A stretch of 38,947 bases of DNA from a virus. The translations under genes were made by a program, and so were the position numbers. The stretch spans positions 1 through 38,947 of IMG/VR virus record IMGVR_UViG_3300017598_000261, one strand, 5' to 3'. Under the pieces are notes generated by a model. It was not told the DNA's origin and made no database searches. It saw only the letters and a program-made list of their open reading frames with translations. Numbering within the stretch: position 1 is the first letter of the stretch; each line of letters begins with the position of its first letter. Positions 28,844-37,900 of the stretch are shown here, piece after piece.

Positions 28844-29962
28844 ATGGCAGATGGATCATTAACACCTTCCCGCACAGCGGTAGGTTCCAACGTTTATAAT
28901 TTTTCTACAGCAAGAGCAGCCGCTACTGTTGTCGATGGAATTTTGAACTATCCAATGTTGGCTTCTCGTTTACTTTATAACGGTAAACAATTTAGTGGTG
29001 ATGGACGTGGTGAACAACCAACCATCATAAAAGATATTAAGATTTCTGGAAGATCACAATTCCAATGGTTTGAAGGTTTAGATACCCTCAATTCCAGTGC
29101 AGAGAATGTAGTGATACAGCTTCAGTTTAATGACGCTCACGCTTCTATGCCTATGGTAGAAATCATGACTGACTCATTCGCAAGAGAAGGCGATGGAGAA
29201 GATGTCGATTACCCAGCATTCGAATACGAAGATGCCCTTAACGAGACTGTAGAAGGTCTTTCATTGGCACTTTTTGATGCTACTCCAGGAAGTGACCAAC
29301 CTCTTTCCTTGGAAGAAATAGTTGATGATGGTACTAACCTCGCAACTTATGGTGGTCAAACAAGAGCAAGCTATGACAGCTTAGATGCAACAGTAACCGC
29401 TTCTGGTGGTGCCATGACTCTAGCTAAACTAGCAACTCTAAAATCTACAATTAGCGACAGTGGTCCAAAAGAGAACCCAACACTCATTTGTACTAATGAC
29501 ACAATTGCAGACCTCTATGAACAATTCCTAACACCAGTTGTTAGATACAATCAACAATCACTATCTATTAGTGGTATGTATCCAACCGCATCTGATGCTT
29601 CAGGAGTCGACATGGGATTTGGTGGAGTAAACACTTACAGTGGTATTCCAATCATTAGAGATAAACGCTCAACAGCAGGTGTTCTTTACATGTTGAATGA
29701 AAACTACATCCACTGGGCAGGTAGAACAAGAGTTCCTAAATCATTTAAGGAATTCATCTCACCTGTTAAGCTAGGTAAGGGTAAAGTAGTAGAAGGTCAA
29801 GCCTCACAAGGTCCAACCAAATACCACGGATTCTTCTATCAAGCAAAAGACATAATGCCAACTAAAGCAGGTATTATCTCTAGATTCTACTTATTTGGTC
29901 AGCTATGGTCAGATCAGCCAAGAAGAAACGGTAAACTAACAGGAATTACTTCTATAGCTTAA
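28844..29962 (+). CDS. Major capsid protein (by position and expression signals).
   Basis: ATG 28844 is preceded by GAAAGGAAAT. The track start GTG 28802 lies inside the hairpin. 372 aa, follows the scaffold gene. Own promoter cassette and a strong terminator downstream of the operon. Confidence 0.6.
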   Translation: MADGSLTPSRTAVGSNVYNFSTARAAATVVDGILNYPMLASRLLYNGKQFSGDGRGEQPTIIKDIKISGRSQFQWFEGLDTLNSSAENVVIQLQFNDAHASMPMVEIMTDSFAREGDGEDVDYPAFEYEDALNETVEGLSLALFDATPGSDQPLSLEEIVDDGTNLATYGGQTRASYDSLDATVTASGGAMTLAKLATLKSTISDSGPKENPTLICTNDTIADLYEQFLTPVVRYNQQSLSISGMYPTASDASGVDMGFGGVNTYSGIPIIRDKRSTAGVLYMLNENYIHWAGRTRVPKSFKEFISPVKLGKGKVVEGQASQGPTKYHGFFYQAKDIMPTKAGIISRFYLFGQLWSDQPRRNGKLTGITSIA

Positions 29963-29983
29963 AAACTATAGTGAAAGGAAACT

Positions 29984-30298
29984 ATGACAATTTCACCACT
30001 ACAGACAGTAGCTTTGACAGCAGGTGCAACACCAGCAGTTGATGCTTCCGCAGGTAATGTTTTCACACTCACCCCAGGTGAGACAGAAACATTGTCAGTT
30101 ACAGGTGCAGTAAAAGATCAAGAGATCACTTTACTCGTCTTAACTTCTGGAACAACCAGTTATACACTAACTTTCGGTACAGGATTTAAATCCACTGGAA
30201 CGTTGGCAACTGGTACTGCAGATGCTAAATACTTCGTAGTTAAGTTCTGGTCAGACGGAACTAACATGTATGAAGTTAGTAGAACTACAGCACTATAG
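29984..30298 (+). CDS. Small beta-rich T/G/A-rich protein, possibly a capsid decoration protein.
   Basis: 104 aa with an AAAGGAAACT SD. Co-transcribed with the capsid gene and followed by the strongest terminator in the genome. Confidence 0.4.
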   Translation: MTISPLQTVALTAGATPAVDASAGNVFTLTPGETETLSVTGAVKDQEITLLVLTSGTTSYTLTFGTGFKSTGTLATGTADAKYFVVKFWSDGTNMYEVSRTTAL

Positions 30299-30315
30299 AG
30301 CTTAAACTATAACTA

Positions 30316-30342
30316 AGCCCCTTCTAACGAGGGGGCTTTTTT
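30316..30342 (+). terminator. Intrinsic terminator after the capsid operon (normal order: terminator, then promoter).
   Basis: AGCCCC 30316-30321 / GGGGCT 30332-30337, followed by a T-run to 30342. Confidence 0.8.
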
Positions 30343-30344
30343 AG

Positions 30345-30353
30345 TGGTATAAT
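30345..30353 (+). promoter_or_regulatory. Late-type extended -10 promoter, leaderless configuration.
   Basis: TGGTATAAT. ATG 30360 is 6 nt after the TATAAT. Confidence 0.6.
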
Positions 30354-30359
30354 ACATAC

Positions 30360-30611
30360 ATGGATATAATAGACATCAATAAAGAAATAGAGCGTGATAA
30401 TAAAAAAGACGTTCTAATATTCAATCCACTAAACAAAGACTTTATTTGGAAGTATGATGGTAAACCATACACCATACCCTCAAAAGAGAATAAAAAGTAT
30501 CCAACATACCTAGCTAATCATTTAGGGAAGCATTTAATAGATGCCTACATGGATACTAAGGGTGAGAACTATGAAATGTCTAAAGCACGAAGGATAATCT
30601 TCAATGATTGA
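30360..30611 (+). CDS. Hypothetical protein (predicted leaderless). Shares a motif with 31401-31928.
   Basis: 83 aa. FNPLNKDFIWKYDGKPYTIP...YPTYLANHLGKHLIDAYM. Confidence 0.55.
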   Translation: MDIIDINKEIERDNKKDVLIFNPLNKDFIWKYDGKPYTIPSKENKKYPTYLANHLGKHLIDAYMDTKGENYEMSKARRIIFND

Positions 30612-31113
30612 CCTTAAACAAACCATCTCCAGCCTTAAACAAATTGTAGAACAGCTAGATTTACGTGAAAATAACGTTAGTAAAGATGAATTAACACTAG
30701 AAGCTAAGAAAAAGCAGTTAGTACTCGAGAGAGAGAAGCTTACAGCCCGAGAATCGGCTTTTCTTGACAAGAGTAGTATGTATGGCAAGGAAGTTGATAG
30801 AGTTGAGAAGATGTTAAAGCTCGCAAAGAGTATTAAAGCGCAATCTGATGATGATAGAGATGAAATGAAGATACAACAGAAGGCTTTAGATAGTCGTGAG
30901 GATAAAATAGAGGATTTAGAGAAGAAACAGAAACAATTAAAGGCTAAAGAAAAACTAATTGAGGTTAGAGAGAGTGATATAGAGGAAAGAGAGATTATCG
31001 TGGAGAAGGACAAACAGAATGCTAGGGATAAACAAAGAGATTTAGATATAAGATCAAAATCACTTAAAAAGAAACAGGATAGATTACAGGCACAAATAAA
31101 TGCACAGAATTAG
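30604..31113 (+). CDS. Coiled-coil protein.
   Basis: 169 aa, K/E/D/R-rich heptad-like sequence. Confidence 0.55.
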   Translation: MIDLKQTISSLKQIVEQLDLRENNVSKDELTLEAKKKQLVLEREKLTARESAFLDKSSMYGKEVDRVEKMLKLAKSIKAQSDDDRDEMKIQQKALDSREDKIEDLEKKQKQLKAKEKLIEVRESDIEEREIIVEKDKQNARDKQRDLDIRSKSLKKKQDRLQAQINAQN

Positions 31114-31115
31114 GC

Positions 31116-31126
31116 TGTGGTATAAT
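31116..31126 (+). promoter_or_regulatory. Late-type extended -10 promoter, leaderless configuration.
   Basis: TGTGGTATAAT. ATG 31133 is 6 nt after the TATAAT. Confidence 0.55.
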
Positions 31127-31132
31127 ACATAT

Positions 31133-31408
31133 ATGCGTACAAACAAAGACGGTTCCCCAGATAAAAGATATAAGAAAAACAAACAGGTAAAGGTAGATGA
31201 AGAACTCAAGGAAGAGTTTGAAGAAACTATAATTGATGAACCAGTTGTATATAGCACAGAACTAGACGCTAACGAACTCCACACAAAACTACTCAAAGAC
31301 AACAACCTCAAACTAGATTTTGATGTGTTAGAGGGTACGATTACAACTAAACACGGAATTATTAAGTTGGAGAAACCAACACTAGTTATAAAGGCTTCAT
31401 ATGTCTAA
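31133..31408 (+). CDS. Hypothetical protein (predicted leaderless).
   Basis: The track start 31100 would put the promoter inside the ORF and overlap the previous gene. ATG 31133 (MRTNKDGSPD...) matches the leaderless geometry of the other copies. Confidence 0.5.
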   Translation: MRTNKDGSPDKRYKKNKQVKVDEELKEEFEETIIDEPVVYSTELDANELHTKLLKDNNLKLDFDVLEGTITTKHGIIKLEKPTLVIKASYV

Positions 31409-31928
31409 GAATAGATCAATGGATAAGAGAGAACGTAGAATGAGATCTCTTGACATAATCAAAGTACATAACCCCACATCAGAGGATTTTGTATTTTGGG
31501 ATGATAAATATGGTCCAGCTAGACAACGTGTAATAGTACCAAAGATACAAAAAGACCTAGGTAAAGGTAAAGGAAACAATGATGTTCCTAGATATCTTGC
31601 ACAACGTTATGTTAAGAAGATGATAGAACAGATGATAAATAAGATGGCTCAAAAGCAATGGGATAAGAGAAAACCAGAAATTAGAATGCTACCTAAAGCA
31701 GAACAACTACACATACAAGAAACAGAATTAGTTAGAACAAACGACAAAAAGACTTGGGGTGAACTATTCCCTAAGCTATGGCTCGGTGTTGTTCAAAAAT
31801 ATGGTGGTGAATCAATTGCAGATCCAGGCGATGATATTCCAGTAATGACAGGTAATTCAATGAGTGACATACTAGAAAACTCAGGATTAGCAGATAAACC
31901 ATATGAGGAGTCCAATGACAAAGCTTAG
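31401..31928 (+). CDS. Hypothetical protein, paralogous motif to 30360-30611.
   Basis: 175 aa. HNPTSEDFVFWDDKYGPARQRVIVP...VPRYLAQRYVKKMIEQMI. Confidence 0.55.
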   Translation: MSKNRSMDKRERRMRSLDIIKVHNPTSEDFVFWDDKYGPARQRVIVPKIQKDLGKGKGNNDVPRYLAQRYVKKMIEQMINKMAQKQWDKRKPEIRMLPKAEQLHIQETELVRTNDKKTWGELFPKLWLGVVQKYGGESIADPGDDIPVMTGNSMSDILENSGLADKPYEESNDKA

Positions 31929-32130
31929 AGACAAAATACTTCAAATATTTGACGTTATTTATAGTGATGGTGACTCAACAAAGGCTATAGTTAGAGATTT
32001 AGACCGCAGAGGTAAGTTCGATAATAAGAAGGTAATGGAAGTTATGTTCTTATTTATGGATGAGATAGAAGAACTAAAGAAGCCAGTTATTAAGCCCGTA
32101 ACCAAAACATCTACTAAAAAAAGTAAATAA
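31915..32130 (+). CDS. Hypothetical protein.
   Basis: ATG 31915 is preceded by GAGGAG. The track start 31903 is an alternative. Confidence 0.5.
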   Translation: MTKLRDKILQIFDVIYSDGDSTKAIVRDLDRRGKFDNKKVMEVMFLFMDEIEELKKPVIKPVTKTSTKKSK

Positions 32131-32186
32131 GTGATATAATAACCATAGGATTAAATAACATCCACTCCTTCGGGGGTGGTTTTTTT
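32131..32186 (+). promoter_or_regulatory. Late cassette copy 5: extended -10 promoter, TAGGAT, hairpin (UUCG loop), T7.
   Basis: GTGATATAAT 32131-32140. TAGGAT 32146-32151. Stem CCACTCC 32162-32168, loop TTCG, GGGGTGG 32173-32179. T7 32180-32186. ATG 32187. Confidence 0.7.
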
Positions 32187-32360
32187 ATGTCAATAAATAG
32201 CACCGACTACAACAACCACTTAATACAAGCCGATAGCTCCACAGTACTGGCTAACAGCACAATAGTACTAGCTAACGGTTTTGACTCAACACAAGGTGAT
32301 TATATTAGTGGTAAGCTATCAATCAAAACAACAACATTTACAGAACAGGAAGCATCATGA
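32187..32360 (+). CDS. Hypothetical 57-aa protein (not in track).
   Basis: The ATG directly abuts the T7 tract, as in copies 1 and 3. MSINSTDYNNHLIQADSSTVLANSTIVLANGFDSTQGDYISGKLSIKTTTFTEQEAS*. ATGA overlap with the next gene. Confidence 0.5.
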   Translation: MSINSTDYNNHLIQADSSTVLANSTIVLANGFDSTQGDYISGKLSIKTTTFTEQEAS

Positions 32361-33916
32361 GTGTAATTACAGCACCAGTAGTACCAACAGACCCACTAGG
32401 AACTATGGGTGGAGGCGATGGTCTAGCAGCTATCTTAAACGCTCTAGATACAGCTATAGATACTAGTGAACCAGAGATAACCCCAGATAAAATAACAATT
32501 ACAGAAGGTACAACAGTAACCAACTCACTTAATTTTGGTGATGATGTGGCTATCTGGAGAACAGATGTGGCTAAGTTTCAAACAGATTCAGAACTAACTA
32601 TAGACCAACTACTCATCATAAATGGTGATGGTGGAACCTCAACTAACCTAAGATTCTTTAATGGACTCTATAAAATGGAATGGGGCGATAGTGCAGGAAC
32701 TTACGACACAAACCTATACAGAGAGAGCGCTAACGTACTCAAAACAGATGATGACTTTAGAGTTGGCACAGCAGGCACAGATGACGAAAGCGTAGCAACA
32801 CTAGTAGGAACTCAAACACTTACAAATAAAACACTAACAAGTCCAGTTATTAACTCCCCAACTGGTGATGTGGTTACACTAACTGGTACTCAAACACTTA
32901 CCAATAAAACATTCGGAGCTGGTAATGTTGGTATAAACACATCTGGAATGTATAGAAACCCACTGCTAAACAGCAATTTTGACATATGGCAGAGAGGCAC
33001 ATCACAAGTATTTGCATCAAGTGGGTCAAGTCAAGTTGCATATTTAGCTGATAATAATAAAGATTTTGTAATACCAGATGGTGGAACATCAGCAATTGTT
33101 AATATTTCCAGAGAAGCTCATACTCCAGGACAGGAAGATGGATCAACATATTATCATTCCGTAGAATTAACTGGAGCAATGACATCTCCAGGAGTTAACG
33201 CCACTATTCTCACTAGGAGATACATTGAGGATGGTGTGAGAAAATTATGTGGTGATGGTAAGTCTATTACTGTTAAATTCAGATTAAGAGCAAGTGTTAA
33301 TGGAACTGTAGTTGGTATTAACGCAGGTCAAAACTATGGAACTGGTGGCAGTCCTAGTTCCGCAGAAGTATTAACTGGAACAACTTTTACATTAACTACG
33401 TCTTTTGCAGAATATGAACATACATTTACGACTAACACATTGTCTGGTAAAACATTTGGAACAGATGAGAATTCCAGCATATTTCAATTAGATTTAAGAT
33501 ATATGTGGGGTGCAACCGCAGGAGTTGCAGTCGGAGATGCAAATCTACATAATCCAGGAGCAGTCACGATTGATACAGATTGGATACAGGTGAATACGGG
33601 TGTTACATCACTGCCATATAATCCACCACTAGTTGCAGATGAACAAGCCAGATGTGAAAGATACTATCAGTTAATTACATATGGGCATAGATCACATATG
33701 GCTGGGGGGTCTCAAATACATGGAAGTAGTATGGGATATAAGACACACATGAGAAAAGCACCATCAGCTACAATAATTTCTGCTGGGTCTTCAAGTAATG
33801 CTTCTGTATCTATAGATAGTGTAAGAGCTGATGGGTTTAGATTATCAGTAACATCATCTAGCTCTGGTGATTCTTATGTAATAAATGGAACTCTAGGATT
33901 AAGTGCAGAATATTAA
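32357..33916 (+). CDS. Tail fibre / tail-associated protein.
   Basis: 519 aa. Tandem GTQTLTNKT(L/F) motifs typical of fibre shafts. T/S/G-rich. Confidence 0.6.
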   Translation: MSVITAPVVPTDPLGTMGGGDGLAAILNALDTAIDTSEPEITPDKITITEGTTVTNSLNFGDDVAIWRTDVAKFQTDSELTIDQLLIINGDGGTSTNLRFFNGLYKMEWGDSAGTYDTNLYRESANVLKTDDDFRVGTAGTDDESVATLVGTQTLTNKTLTSPVINSPTGDVVTLTGTQTLTNKTFGAGNVGINTSGMYRNPLLNSNFDIWQRGTSQVFASSGSSQVAYLADNNKDFVIPDGGTSAIVNISREAHTPGQEDGSTYYHSVELTGAMTSPGVNATILTRRYIEDGVRKLCGDGKSITVKFRLRASVNGTVVGINAGQNYGTGGSPSSAEVLTGTTFTLTTSFAEYEHTFTTNTLSGKTFGTDENSSIFQLDLRYMWGATAGVAVGDANLHNPGAVTIDTDWIQVNTGVTSLPYNPPLVADEQARCERYYQLITYGHRSHMAGGSQIHGSSMGYKTHMRKAPSATIISAGSSSNASVSIDSVRADGFRLSVTSSSSGDSYVINGTLGLSAEY

Positions 33917-33942
33917 ACAATGGCAATAAACAGAAACTAAAC

Positions 33943-34911
33943 ATGAGAGAAACATCTACAACACTACTACAAACTACACAAGATCTATGTATAGATGACA
34001 GTACAACTAGTGCTACAAATCTATCAGATAGTAGATCTTTCATTAACGGTCAAATAAACAACACTGTTCAATACCTATTCTCACTAATACAAAACTATAA
34101 AACACAACCCATCCCCAGTACGTTTAGCACGGTAATAGATCAAGTTTATTATCACAAGCCACCAGGATTACTTACTGTAGAATCAATAACTGTCGCAGTG
34201 GGTGACATAAACTATCCACTAAAACCAATCAACTCACAGGCTTTATGGGATAGATTTCAACAGCTAGATATAACTTCTAGTGACATACCACAATACTACT
34301 TCATGAGACAGTCCGACTTTGGAATATATCCTAAGCCAAGTGGGGTTCAAGTTGGAACTATCACAGGTAACTACTTACCAAGAAGATTAACAGTAACTGA
34401 TTATGTTGATGGAACCATAGCAATAGCTAATAACTCAACAACAGTTACAGGAACTAGCACAGAGTTCACATCAGATATGGTTGGAAGATGGCTTAGAGCT
34501 GGAGCTAATGGAAGGTGGTATAAAATAGCCACATATAACAGCACCACATCACTTACACTCGAGACATCATTTCAACAACCATCTGTATCTGGGTCAACAT
34601 TCACTATAGGAGAATCTCCAGAGATACCAGAGGAAATGCACGAATATATACCATTTAGAGCAGCCGCTAATTACTATGCAACTGTGAGGCGTGATGGACA
34701 ACAAGCACAAACACTACTCAACTACTTTTACACAGGTGATTACAACAACACACGTAGGGGTGGTGGAATACAGGGTGGAGTACTCGGGATAATCAACAGA
34801 TATAAGAATACAGGTAGATCAAACACTCAATTAAACACACTTCATAAATCAAACATAGTAAATAACTGGAGGGATGAAGTTTGGGCTACTACCTTGAGTC
34901 CAGCATCTTAA
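33943..34911 (+). CDS. Virion structural protein (adaptor or tail-associated, function unassigned).
   Basis: 322-aa ORF between two tail genes. No diagnostic motif recognised. Confidence 0.55.
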   Translation: MRETSTTLLQTTQDLCIDDSTTSATNLSDSRSFINGQINNTVQYLFSLIQNYKTQPIPSTFSTVIDQVYYHKPPGLLTVESITVAVGDINYPLKPINSQALWDRFQQLDITSSDIPQYYFMRQSDFGIYPKPSGVQVGTITGNYLPRRLTVTDYVDGTIAIANNSTTVTGTSTEFTSDMVGRWLRAGANGRWYKIATYNSTTSLTLETSFQQPSVSGSTFTIGESPEIPEEMHEYIPFRAAANYYATVRRDGQQAQTLLNYFYTGDYNNTRRGGGIQGGVLGIINRYKNTGRSNTQLNTLHKSNIVNNWRDEVWATTLSPAS

Positions 34912-34914
34912 ATT

Positions 34915-37900
34915 ATGCCTAAACAAATTGGTTCACAAACTAGCTTTGCTTCTGGGATATCATTCTCAACTAAAGAAGGACTTCAAAACTCTTATGCTTT
35001 CGGTCGTGCTATAGATCATAGGTCAGACCCAAAGAAAGTTGTATTAAATCCACGAGCAGAAATAGACTCAGGCACAATAGTTAAAGACCTTCCAATGTGG
35101 GGAGCTAGGGCTTGTAGTAGAACATTCTCTTATGGAAATACTGGAAATATTTATCAAAAAGAAATAGATTGGGAGTTAGTTCATACGGCTCCAGATTCTA
35201 CTGGTAATGGAATGGCTTACTTTACAGGAGACAGAGCCTTGTATTATGCTCAAGATACTACCCTAGGTCGTATGCTTGATGCTTGCACAGAAGCAAAATT
35301 CTATGACGATTTTATGGGATCAGACTCAGGAGAGCCATTAAACACTAAATCACTCAACCTAGAGCTAAGTAGCTCGCAATATGCATATGTAACAGATACT
35401 TCTAGTTTGTCAATAACAAGTGATCTAACTATAGAGGCTTATACTAAGTTTGAGAGCTTGCCAGATGCAACGCTAAATGAAGAATATGTAATAGTATCAA
35501 AATGGACAGAACAATCAGATCAGAGAAGCTATAAGATGGATGTAATAGGATCAGTAGATTTCTTCGGAGATGGTAGAGATGGAGCTTTATCTATTACAGG
35601 TAACACCACAGAAGACCCAATTGATGCTAATTGTACAGGTACTAAGGGATCAACTATTCTAACTGTAAGCAACGAACACGCATCTTTCAGTAGTATTCAG
35701 CCAGGTGATAAGGTGGGCATATATCAGACTCGTGGTACTGGAGCAGGTCAAAGGCAACTAGTAGATGTAGTCAGTTATTCATCGGGCACACTCAATCTTC
35801 TAGAACCCCTTACATTCTCACCTGTTCATAGTGCAACAGTGAGTGATGCCAATAAAGCTCAAGTAAGAGTAATCAAACAACACACAACAGTAGTAATAGG
35901 AGCAGGATTTTCATACTATTCAAAAGCATGGGATGGATTAAAGGGTGGATATCTAAGATGGTATGCAAACGCTGGTTCTACAATCAACGGCTCAGTCAAC
36001 GGCTCAGGTCGTGGTTTTAGAGGTGGTAGATTTTATGATGATAGTTATGAAGGAGCAGATGATAAGGTGACTGGTGAGTCAGGTGAATCACAAGCAGGAT
36101 ACTTCTTACCATTTGGACACACCTTCGGCGATGACACATCATTAACACAATCTCCAGCTGGAGTAGTTAATGGCGGTGGTGGAGCTGGTGGTAATGGTAG
36201 TAGAGAACACGATGGTGGAAGTGGCACTGGCGGTGGTGGTGGATCATATGGATCAGCTGGCACCAACGGTGGCTTCACAAATACTCAATATAGAACTGGT
36301 CTTGTAGCTGGAGGAACAGGAGTGGTTTATGGAGATAACTTACTCTCATCAATACACCTGGGATCTGGTGGTGGTGGTGGTGGTAAGGTGAAAGATAATG
36401 ATGTCACTGGTGTTAAGCGTGGAGGATATGGTGGTGCCAGCTTGGGTATATTCTCAACAACTGTATCATTTGGAGCAGGTGGATATGTAGTATCAGAAGG
36501 AACAGATGGAGATGTCAACACAATACTAGAGGGACAAGCATTACTCACATCTGGTGGACAAGGTGGTGGCTCAGGTGGATCAATACTATACTTATTACAA
36601 ACAGGAAATATAGGAACATCAAGGACACTCGCAAGGGGCGGGTATGGATCAATACCACTAGCAGGAGATGCGGTTGGTGGTAATGGTGGCAACGGTAGAA
36701 TAGCAGTAGGATATCTAACATCAGTTACAGGAACTAGTTTACCAGGATACTCAAAATATCAAGATAACAATCTAGGAGCTGGAGATGGTTATACGCTAAG
36801 ATTACACATATCAAGCACTGGAGCTAATAGCGATATATATGCATGGGATATTACAGGAAAGATAAACACATCTACTTGGAGAAGATATCAAATAAAATGG
36901 AACGACTTACTATCAACAGCAGAAGCCTTTATTGGTGGTAATACATTGGGAACTAAAAAAGGATCACTAACATCTATTTATAATTCTACATCAAGCACAG
37001 CCATAGGAGCAGACTTTGATGGTTCAGGTAACCCTCAAAACTATTATGATGGCTTAATTGATGACGTTCGTATCTGGAATGACCAAAGAACTACATCAGA
37101 GCTAGTAAATCACAATAACAAACCAATGATTGGAACTGAGGCAAACTTAGTAGCTTACTATGAGTTTGAAGATGATCTAACTGACTCACAAACCAATGTA
37201 ACAGCTAATAATATGACTGGTGTAAACACACCAACTTATAGTGTGGATGTACCATTTAGTGGTCTTAGCTCAAGACGAGATCAAGACCAAATCTATGATG
37301 GTTCAGGACAACTATATACACTACCAGTATCCATAGATGAAACAGCAACAGCTAGACAAACATTTGTACCAGATAAAGACCCTCAAACAAGTGTGATGGT
37401 AGAGATAGACACAATAGGAACTGGTGACTGGACTGTAACGGTTCATGATTCACTTAATAGAGCAGTAGCAACACAAACAGTAGTTAATGGCGACCTAAAC
37501 ACTGGGTTCTATGAGTTCATTTTTGATGATGTGTGGAGACCAATATTAGGAGCTTCGTATCATTTCCACTTAACAAGTACTGTGGCAGATGGTAAAGTTG
37601 TAACTAGCACCGTATCAGACCTAGAGACAGCAAGATTTAGAACTCACTATCAATTTTTAGTAAGTGATAAATATCATCCAATAACACCGCATCTAGACTT
37701 TATGGTAATTGGTAATGAAAGATATTTAGCTAAGTTCCAGGCTGGTGATGTATATGAACCACATAAATTAGTATTCCCATCTGAGTACAGGGTTAGATCC
37801 CTAGCATATTGGAGGGAGTTTGTAGCTATTGGTTGCTGGAAGGGTGATGAGATAACTGATTTTGATGATGGAAGAGTATTCTTTTGGGATGGCATCAATA

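Noticed and set aside
30534-31013. Long minus-strand ORFs fully inside + strand genes, for example 30534-31013, 22356-22742, 3863-4237, 4256-4642, 36327-36692, 12115-12405 and 18916-19203.
   Set aside because: Each lies antisense to a well-supported + strand gene. Their products are low-complexity (Ser/Leu/Pro/Phe-rich) mirror images of K/E- or G-rich sense proteins. None has its own start signals. They are typical shadow ORFs.
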